Below are positions 53,149-60,303 of a stretch of DNA of 64,000 nt, one piece after another. The position numbers and the translations under genes were made by a program. The DNA is from Candidatus Micrarchaeota archaeon (GTDB taxonomy: Archaea > Micrarchaeota > Micrarchaeia > Micrarchaeales > CABMGC01). The stretch covers positions 17,993 to 81,992 of the forward strand of contig JAJZKQ010000001.1 of assembly GCA_021804095.1 (NCBI GenBank), given 5' to 3'. Positions within the stretch are counted from its first letter, which is position 1. Each line of letters begins with the position of its first letter. The notes beneath the pieces were generated by a model. That model saw nothing but the letters and a program-made list of their open reading frames with translations, searched no databases and was not told the DNA's origin.

Positions 53149-53335
53149 GAAATCACAATAGATGGTATTTATTATGTACCGAAAGTATAAATAAGGAATC
53201 AGTTATCATGTTTAAAAACAGGAAGAGGCCAGTACCACTTCGTGTACTGGCAAGGCGACCAGTTATACTCTTCCTCTGTAGAATTCGTAATATAATTAAG
53301 TAATACCAGGTTTATATAGCTTTTGGAATGTAAAT

Positions 53336-54022
53336 TTGAATTTTAGTGATCTCATGAAAACCCTTCTCACGCTTGATATGTTTGGGTTTTTTATTGCGTT
53401 GGTTATGGGTCTTCTTATCTTTGTTTTTGGAGGTGCCGTAGGTATCTGGTTTCTGCTCGTAATATTTTTGTTTTTGATTGTTTCCGCGCTTGTTACAAGG
53501 TTTAAGAAAAAGAGGAAGATAGCCATGAAGACATACGAACATTCACGCAACTGGAGAAATGTCCTTGCAAATGGTATGGTCCCTTTGATTATATCCTTTC
53601 TTTATTTCTTAAACGAGCATATGAGCTTCGTGGGGGCTGAGATGCTTGTGGTAGCTTATGTTGCAAGCGTAGCCGCAATAACTGCTGATAAATTTTCTAG
53701 CGAGGTGGGCATACTGGACAATCGGGTTTTTGATATCCTCACGCTGAAGAGGATCAGGCCGGGCAAATCTGGGGGCGTTTCGTTGCTGGGTCTTGCTGCC
53801 GGTGCGCTGGGATCTTTTATAATAAGCGTTGTGCTTTTTTCCTTCAGTAAGGGCATTTTGCTACTATCCATAGTCTTGGTGGCAGGGCTTGTGGGAGACA
53901 TAGGCGATTCTGTACTAGGATATTTTGAAGAGAGAGGCTTTGGAAATAAATATACCTCTAATTTTGTATGTGCGGCCGTTGGTGCAGCAGTAGGAATTGC
54001 CTTGGTTTCTCTTATTCTTTGA
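53336..54022 (+). CDS. DUF92/TMEM19-family integral membrane protein
   Basis: 228 aa (TTG start in the track). SGGVSLLGLAAGALGS and C-terminal GDIGDSVLGYFE resemble the DUF92 (TIGR00297) signature. Confidence 0.55.
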   Translation: MNFSDLMKTLLTLDMFGFFIALVMGLLIFVFGGAVGIWFLLVIFLFLIVSALVTRFKKKRKIAMKTYEHSRNWRNVLANGMVPLIISFLYFLNEHMSFVGAEMLVVAYVASVAAITADKFSSEVGILDNRVFDILTLKRIRPGKSGGVSLLGLAAGALGSFIISVVLFSFSKGILLLSIVLVAGLVGDIGDSVLGYFEERGFGNKYTSNFVCAAVGAAVGIALVSLIL

Positions 54023-54036
54023 GCCTCGCTTTCTCT

Positions 54037-54810
54037 TTATCTTATATAGGTAAACATGTCGTTTGATGGCTTGCCTCCTGGCTGGCCTTCTTGTGAGGAT
54101 TTTGAAATGTTTTCTATATCGCCGATTATTTTTTCTGTCTCTGCCTTTATCTTTTCAAGGTTTTCAAGGTTTATATCTATGTTTATTATCTTTTTTACTA
54201 CTTCCAGCACTGCCTTTGCCGCGTTTGCGTCTATTTCCAGCATGCTTGATTCTCCCATTATGCATGCCGATTCAATCTCGTACTTTTTTGACATGGCTGG
54301 GATGAGGCCTGCCGAACCCCATATGGTACCACCCACTTCGCCAAAGGAGACACCCTGTTTTGAGAGGCTCTGGATCAGGGCTTTGCTGTTTGATACTCCG
54401 AAGACTCTGGGTTTTTGGACGTATTGTGCGCCCATGCTGTACCCTCCTATCGTATATGCCGTCTTTCCTCCCAAGGACTTGAAGAATTTTATTATTTTTT
54501 CGTTTACGGAATATTGTCCTCTTGGAGAGGTCGCCTGAACATCTCCCAGAAGGAGTATTATGCTTCTTCCGCTCTTGTTTTTGAAATGGTAGAATCTGTT
54601 GCTAACCATTCTCACGCCGCCTTTTCTGCCCATTATTACATGGTGTGGAAAGAATGGAGAGTATAGTGTTGCGACCTTTGTAGCGTCTGTTTCGTTCCGA
54701 ATGTGCTCTCCTACAAGGCTGCCTACGTTTCCGATTCCGGGAAGGCCTACAACGAGGATCGGGTTTTTGAATTTGAGATTCTTTTTATAATATATTGTTG
54801 TTTTGTTCAT
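54037..54810 (-). CDS. PAC2-family proteasome assembly chaperone-like protein
   Basis: 257 aa with N-terminal PILVVGLPGIGNVGSLVGEHI, typical of the family. Confidence 0.75.
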   Translation of the reverse strand: MNKTTIYYKKNLKFKNPILVVGLPGIGNVGSLVGEHIRNETDATKVATLYSPFFPHHVIMGRKGGVRMVSNRFYHFKNKSGRSIILLLGDVQATSPRGQYSVNEKIIKFFKSLGGKTAYTIGGYSMGAQYVQKPRVFGVSNSKALIQSLSKQGVSFGEVGGTIWGSAGLIPAMSKKYEIESACIMGESSMLEIDANAAKAVLEVVKKIINIDINLENLEKIKAETEKIIGDIENISKSSQEGQPGGKPSNDMFTYIR

Positions 54811-54814
54811 TTAG

Positions 54815-55570
54815 TCATGCCTTGTCGCTTTTTATGGTGTAGGAAAGGTTTTTCTGTTTCTCCAGCAGGCGCTGCGCTTCTTTTATTCTGCTTTCGGCTT
54901 TCGGGTAGTCGCTGTCCTCCGAGGTAAGCCTATACCTGGGAGCTCCGAGGTAGAGAACCCCTACCCCTTTGTTCTTTATTTCTTCGAGTGTTTTTTTTAT
55001 CTGGGTTATCCCTGTTTTTTCGTCAACAGATCTGAGCTCTATAGTGTATGAAACTTCGTAGCGTTTTGGTTTGATGTTTTTGCTTACTATTTCGGCGAGA
55101 GCGGTCTCGAGTGGCTTGTTCTTTATTACCGAAGACACGTCTCGCTTGTCTATGAACATTTGGATGATTTCGGTATAGGTGTTTACTTTTGAAGAGAGTT
55201 CCTTTATTATCTCTGCTTTTTTTGGGTTAAGTTTTGTGGCTATTATTGCCTGTTCGAAAAGCTTTTCGTATCTTTTTTCTAGATTGTATTCGTTCAATTT
55301 GTCGTTCTTTTCTTTTGTAGTTACTTTTTTGAAGGAGATATCCACGGCTCTTTTGTTCCTGTCTATTGTTATTACGCGTCCTACCTCTTTCTGGCCTTCT
55401 TTTATGAATTCGTGGATGTTTTTTATCCACCCGGAAGCTATCTCGGATATTGGAAGATATGCGTCTATGTCATATTCTAAGAGCTGACAGTAGGCCCCGT
55501 GTGGCATTATTTTGCTTATTTTTACTAAAACAAGCTCTCTTTCGTCTGGGAGTTCTTTTTTAATAAGCAT
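54815..55570 (-). CDS. eif2a: Translation initiation factor aIF2 alpha subunit
   Basis: 251 aa. N-terminal S1 domain (LPDERELVLVKISKIMPHGAYCQLLEYDIDAYLPISEIASGWIKNI). Confidence 0.9.
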   Translation of the reverse strand: MLIKKELPDERELVLVKISKIMPHGAYCQLLEYDIDAYLPISEIASGWIKNIHEFIKEGQKEVGRVITIDRNKRAVDISFKKVTTKEKNDKLNEYNLEKRYEKLFEQAIIATKLNPKKAEIIKELSSKVNTYTEIIQMFIDKRDVSSVIKNKPLETALAEIVSKNIKPKRYEVSYTIELRSVDEKTGITQIKKTLEEIKNKGVGVLYLGAPRYRLTSEDSDYPKAESRIKEAQRLLEKQKNLSYTIKSDKA

Positions 55571-55571
55571 T

Positions 55572-55856
55572 TTATCTTGCTTTTATTTCTATTTTCTTTT
55601 TTGTTCTTCCTCCAAAAACCCTTTCTACTGATTTTTTACATTTTGAGCATTCTAAGACAACTTTCTGCCTCTTGCCTAGCTTTTTAGGATGGATTTTAGG
55701 TTCTATGCTGCCGACATAGCCTTTTATTACCCTGTTGTGCCTTCTTGTGGCTTTGCCCAGGCCCCGCTGCTTGCCTTTAGATGCTATTTTTGCAGTATGG
55801 AGCGTGTGCTCGTTGCAGTATGGACAGTAGATGTTGATTTCTCTTCTTATTTTCAT
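55572..55856 (-). CDS. rpl44e: Ribosomal protein L44e
   Basis: 94 aa. YCPYCNEHTLH...LECSKCKKS zinc ribbon with a basic composition. Confidence 0.9.
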   Translation of the reverse strand: MKIRREINIYCPYCNEHTLHTAKIASKGKQRGLGKATRRHNRVIKGYVGSIEPKIHPKKLGKRQKVVLECSKCKKSVERVFGGRTKKKIEIKAR

Positions 55857-56329
55857 ACAATCACTTTTTCTCCTAGTTTGTTCTCTATTAAGAATTCTGT
55901 TTCTTTTTCACTTTCCGGGCTTATTATACTGTCTTTTACAAAAGGCCCTATCTTTTTGCCCTCCGGTGTTATCAGTTCGGGCATATCGGATGTTATTTTT
56001 ATCTTTGTCTTTTTATTTCCGGCTTTCTCTTCTTTAATTATATTGTTTATACGTATATATAACCTTTCTTCTTCTTCGGGTATCTGTGCGGGGAGGTTCC
56101 TGCCATAGGCGATGTATGTGAGTATTTTCTGCAGGCGTTTTGCTTTTAGAGATTCTATAAGCCTGTCGTGGTTTTCCTTCTGTTTTCCGGCAGTTCCTGT
56201 TTCGGATTCTTCAGTTTCGATCTGGTTTTTACTATAGAAGTCTCTGCCAAGGGGAAGGAGTTCCCCTGTTCTGCGCTCTCTTTCTAATACTGCAAATATT
56301 TCCTCAGTTGAAACAGAATCACCCAACAT
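55853..56329 (-). CDS. GINS subunit (Gins51/Gins15-like)
   Basis: 158 aa. A-domain pattern EIFAVLERERRTGELLPLGRDFY...LKAKRLQKILTYIA. B-domain pattern KIKITSDMPELITPEGKKIGPFVKDSIISPESEKETEFLIENKLGEKV. Confidence 0.65.
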   Translation of the reverse strand: MLGDSVSTEEIFAVLERERRTGELLPLGRDFYSKNQIETEESETGTAGKQKENHDRLIESLKAKRLQKILTYIAYGRNLPAQIPEEEERLYIRINNIIKEEKAGNKKTKIKITSDMPELITPEGKKIGPFVKDSIISPESEKETEFLIENKLGEKVIV

Positions 56330-56343
56330 ACCATATACCCTGT

Positions 56344-56442
56344 ATTTCCACTATTATTTAACAGGATCTTTTCTCAAATATAACTCTGTTATCAGAATAT
56401 ACTAATTACATATTATATAAAAAGAAAACAAATAGTGGAAAT
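56344..56442. other. Candidate replication-origin core: perfect 12-bp inverted ORB-like repeats flanking a 75-bp AT-rich spacer
   Basis: ATTTCCACTATT (56344-56355) and AATAGTGGAAAT (56431-56442) are exact reverse complements. Each is followed outward by a G-run (GTGGGGT on the right, ACAGGGT on the left reverse complement). A degenerate third copy TAGTGAAAT lies at 56481-56489. Confidence 0.35.
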
Positions 56443-56514
56443 GTGGGGTCCAGGTTGTCTTTTTTAATAATATTTTAATATAGTGAAATAGTCTCTTGAC
56501 AATGTAGGTCTGTA

Positions 56515-56589
56515 TAGCGGGGAGTGGATTTGAACCACCGTTCTCTGGGTTATGAGCCCAGCGGGCACTCCGAGCTACCCTACCCCGCT
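56515..56589 (-). tRNA. Initiator tRNA-Met (anticodon CAU)
   Basis: It has an A1:U72 acceptor end (AGCGGGG/CCCCGCU). The anticodon arm CUGGG-CUCAUAA-CCCAG carries three G:C pairs. Both are archaeal initiator hallmarks. T arm GGUGG-UUCAAAU-CCACU. Confidence 0.9.
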
Positions 56590-56601
56590 ACTGATTCAGT
56601 T

Positions 56602-57312
56602 TTAGGTTTTTATAAGTTCTTCTGCTGCTTTTCTTGTTATTGCTTCTAAATTCTTACCACAGTTGCATTTAAAACTCTTCTCATATGCAATATCAAAAGG
56701 ATAGACTAGGCTCTGTTGTTTAGAACAAACAACACAGACAAAAAAATCATTACAGCCTTCCGGAAGAGGACTACCCCTGCTTTCTGTTTTCTTGTTCAGC
56801 GTCTTATAAAAATCTGAGAAGGCCACATAATCGACATGCCACTCGAAGGTAAGCCATCCTGTGTTGTCTCTCTTAACATCATACCTTACAATTCCATGCC
56901 TATTTAGTAGATTTAACGACCTTCTAACCTCATTTAACTTAATTTCCGCCTTTTCTGCGAGGGCTTCGTCCTTCTGAGGTCCCTCCAAAAGCCTTTTAAG
57001 AAGGCCATTCGCCTGGCTCCCTATATTTTTAGATATATAATCTACAAAAACCTCATCGCACATGGCGTTTTCTACAATTGAAAGTATCTCTTGAGGAGGC
57101 ATCTTGAATTCGCTGGCCTTTCCTCCCGCCTGATCACTACCACGCTTTTCTTTATGTGATATATGAACTGATTTCGCTATTCTCGAAGCGCTCTCCGTTG
57201 TCTTTGTTTTTATGGGTTTTTTAATTTCGAGAGCCTTCTTCTTTCCCGCGCTAGTTTTTCCTGACGGTAATTTCTTGCCTTTTTTCCCCTTTAACTCTAT
57301 TTTTTTAGACAT
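56602..57312 (-). CDS. tfe: Transcription factor E (TFE, TFIIE-alpha homolog) with Lys-rich N-terminal extension
   Basis: I prefer ATG 57312 (MSKKIELKGKKGKK...). Winged helix (EIKLNEVRRSLNLLNRHGIVRYDVKRDNTGWLTFEW) and a zinc ribbon (CVVCSKQ...CNCGKNL). Confidence 0.75.
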   Translation of the reverse strand: MSKKIELKGKKGKKLPSGKTSAGKKKALEIKKPIKTKTTESASRIAKSVHISHKEKRGSDQAGGKASEFKMPPQEILSIVENAMCDEVFVDYISKNIGSQANGLLKRLLEGPQKDEALAEKAEIKLNEVRRSLNLLNRHGIVRYDVKRDNTGWLTFEWHVDYVAFSDFYKTLNKKTESRGSPLPEGCNDFFVCVVCSKQQSLVYPFDIAYEKSFKCNCGKNLEAITRKAAEELIKT

Positions 57313-57602
57313 ATTTATCGACCCAGAACAAAACGCAAACAGAGAAAACCTGTTTATAAACATATATTATGTTATTTAGGTATATATACCTTATCCAAAA
57401 CGCGTCCCTATAGTTAAGTCTATCAGCGTGAACACCAAACACCATACGCCTGTCGTTGGGTGCACGCCACACCCCGCAGTTTTCTTGGTGTTTGGAATGT
57501 TCTATAACACCACACCGCAGGGCAGCCAACCACAAGGAATTCCAAACCCACAAAACATGCGAAAAAGATATATCCATAAGCAACGTAGCATTCTATGTTG
57601 GT

Positions 57603-58064
57603 ATGTCAATAAAATACTGGGAATTCGAAGACGCTCCCCTCAGGGAAAAGCTAAAAAACCCAAGCGTCAAGGAGATAGCCAAAATATATTTTGACAACGA
57701 AACGAAGGCATACCGCTTTGCCCTAGCTCTTGACTCGGTAAAACACGCGAAAGAACTCAGGCTAAAGGACTGTTCCACCCAGCTTCCCATTCCAACCTGG
57801 AAGCGTTATCTCGATTATGGGGTATCTGTGGGTCTTTTAAAACACGAAAATAACACATACAGTTTTACAGACAGATACTCCCGTCCTCTAAAGAACATAT
57901 CTACCTATATAAAAGCCTGGGTAGAAACGGACACCAACGAGGACCTTAATATAATATTTGCAAACGCTAAAACTGAAAAACAGAAACCAAGAACAAGCAA
58001 AAAAACAGACGGACAAGCACAAAACGCAAATAGCGAAAGCACGGAACAAAACAGGCAGGCATAA
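57603..58064 (+). CDS. Hypothetical protein, wHTH-like, Lys/Gln/Asn-rich tail
   Basis: ATG 57603 (MSIKYWEFEDAPL...). The track begins at TTG 57456, adding a Cys/His-containing 49 aa (WCLEC...H...H...C). The start is unresolved. Confidence 0.5.
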   Translation: MSIKYWEFEDAPLREKLKNPSVKEIAKIYFDNETKAYRFALALDSVKHAKELRLKDCSTQLPIPTWKRYLDYGVSVGLLKHENNTYSFTDRYSRPLKNISTYIKAWVETDTNEDLNIIFANAKTEKQKPRTSKKTDGQAQNANSESTEQNRQA

Positions 58065-58258
58065 CGGTTATTAATAATTATCCTGCCAAACTCTAATATC
58101 GAAACAGTGATCTTCTGGGACTAAGTGAAGCTGAACTCATAGAAAAAGAACTTACAATAAGGAACCTAAGGCTCAGCCGTGAAGCGGTAGAAACCCGAAG
58201 GTCAGCAGTACGATGGCTCGCACTCTCTCTAGGGATCATAAACTCCGGCGAATCAAGA

Positions 58259-58585
58259 ATGGGATCTCTTGCGGTCTTGGACTCCATGGTATACTTCCAG
58301 TTTATCAGGAAACAAGATCCCACAGTAAAAGAGATGTCAGAATATATAGGCAAAAACTGGAAGCCGATAAATGAGAAAACACTTAGATATCATCTCTTAC
58401 GCATGAAAAAAATGGGCTTTCTTGAAAACGGGGAAGGAAAATTCAGTTTCAAACATCCAGCAGCCGGAGACCGGTTTGATGCATATAACTGGTCTTCCAG
58501 TATTTTTGATTCGTTTTACAAGGAAGTATCCGCAAAAATAGGGGAAGTTGTGAAAGAGATAAAAAACAAGAACGCAGTGATATGA
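58259..58585 (+). CDS. Small winged-helix DNA-binding protein
   Basis: 108 aa. VKEMSEYIGKNWKPINEKTLRYHLLRMKKMGFLENGEGKFSF. The frame is open a further 162 nt upstream without ATG/GTG/TTG. Confidence 0.55.
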   Translation: MGSLAVLDSMVYFQFIRKQDPTVKEMSEYIGKNWKPINEKTLRYHLLRMKKMGFLENGEGKFSFKHPAAGDRFDAYNWSSSIFDSFYKEVSAKIGEVVKEIKNKNAVI

Positions 58586-60210
58586 ATCTGTATGGTGCCA
58601 CAATGAAAAAAGAAATATACTACTGGATTGTACTTATTGTAATAATATTGGGAACAGCATTCTACGTTAGATTAAACTATAACCCCAAAACATCAGTATC
58701 GCTAAACTTCTCCTCCTCAGCTTCCAATACCACCATATACCAATACCAACAAGCCACGTTGGAACTACAAGTACTTAACAACGGCCCCACAGTGAAAGGA
58801 CTAACTGTAGGCCTATCGCTAAACGGAAATCTAACTGACATATATAACGTATCTTTGCCTACCGGAAAAGGAACAATGATAAAAATAACACACACGTTCG
58901 GAACCCCCGGCATATACAATTTTACTGCAGAAACAGACCCTACAAAACTATACAACAACATAAACCAAGCATCAACCAGCATTACTGTCTCTGTTCTTCC
59001 TCCAGAAAAAGCAGAGCCTCAGACGCTGCTTCCCGCAAACCAGACTGACTTCTACGCCTCAAACATGACAATTTTAGGCTATGGTATCTCTTCGTATCTA
59101 AATAAAAACTACAGCGTAAGCCAGACAAAACTTTCCAATATCCTTCCAGTCAATATATTCATGGATCGTCTATTCACAATCGGCGGAAGCTATATAGAAA
59201 ACATATCAACAGCAAGCGCGGAGTATAATAACGGGAGAGGCCTCTCCCTGTGGTTCGACGGATATCTTAAACCTTCAATAATCGGAGTATCAGCCCAAGC
59301 CGAAAATCTGACAGTTTCCAACCAGACAATAGGAACCCAACCTATCTCTCTGATAAGGGTTTCGCCAAACGTGACAACATGCAGCTGGTATTCTTCCGGA
59401 TGGATAAAGACCTTCTCCTGGGAAGGAAACTCAACCTGCGCCGAAATCCTGAAAGAGAATCCTACAGGAATTTCAGAAAACAACACACTTAAAAAACTTC
59501 TTACCTTCCAAAACAACACCATTTCCCTTGAAAACTTCTACGAAAAAAACAACACAAGTTCCAGATATGGAAATCTTATAGTCACAGGAAAAGACGCCCT
59601 TGCATATTATACTCTCTGGGACAATTATACTGAAAACCACACCTGCTATGGTCTCACAGACACTTTCAATTCAAGCTCCTTCTGCAGTGTCTACATGCTG
59701 CAAAATTCAGGCAGCTTGGGAAACGTCTCCCTCATACGCACAACGGAATATCTAGGCAAATACAACATAAGCGTATTTTCAATAACAAACTCTTCAACAA
59801 ACCCATTCAACCAGGTAAGCAACAACATAGGCATGATACAAAACCTAAAACTACAAGGAGACTCAATAAACTTCACTTCAGGCCTTTCAAATACATGTGA
59901 TTTCACAGGAGTAGTTTCGTGCGGCACACCGACATTCGCCAACAGCTCAATATCACTGAACCTAACAAACATCGCAAATCAGACAATCAGGCTAAATTCA
60001 ATCGGTTGTTTCATGTCAGGAATAGGCCCAGGATCGCTTATCAACAAGACACTTGCAGCAGGAGCATCTACACAAATAACAACAGAGTGCTACAACAACA
60101 GCAAGACCATAAATGCCATACCACTAAACCTGCAGCTCAGGATTCTATTAAACTATACTGAAAATAACGTTTCAGATACGATGCAGGGAGGCGCACTCAT
60201 AACAATATGA
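58582..60210 (+). CDS. Large secreted/surface protein, N-terminal TM anchor, heavily N-glycosylation-sequon-rich
   Basis: 542 aa. Anchor KKEIYYWIVLIVIILGTAFYV, with roughly 30 N-x-S/T sequons counted by eye and several Cys pairs. ATGA overlap with the upstream gene. Confidence 0.65.
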   Translation: MNLYGATMKKEIYYWIVLIVIILGTAFYVRLNYNPKTSVSLNFSSSASNTTIYQYQQATLELQVLNNGPTVKGLTVGLSLNGNLTDIYNVSLPTGKGTMIKITHTFGTPGIYNFTAETDPTKLYNNINQASTSITVSVLPPEKAEPQTLLPANQTDFYASNMTILGYGISSYLNKNYSVSQTKLSNILPVNIFMDRLFTIGGSYIENISTASAEYNNGRGLSLWFDGYLKPSIIGVSAQAENLTVSNQTIGTQPISLIRVSPNVTTCSWYSSGWIKTFSWEGNSTCAEILKENPTGISENNTLKKLLTFQNNTISLENFYEKNNTSSRYGNLIVTGKDALAYYTLWDNYTENHTCYGLTDTFNSSSFCSVYMLQNSGSLGNVSLIRTTEYLGKYNISVFSITNSSTNPFNQVSNNIGMIQNLKLQGDSINFTSGLSNTCDFTGVVSCGTPTFANSSISLNLTNIANQTIRLNSIGCFMSGIGPGSLINKTLAAGASTQITTECYNNSKTINAIPLNLQLRILLNYTENNVSDTMQGGALITI

Positions 60211-60303
60211 AGGTCTTCACGTATTTCACCAAAACAAAACATAAGAACTCAAGCCTTAATAAACGCCCCCAGATTTTCCAAACAGAACAAATGTGGTCTA
60301 TTC

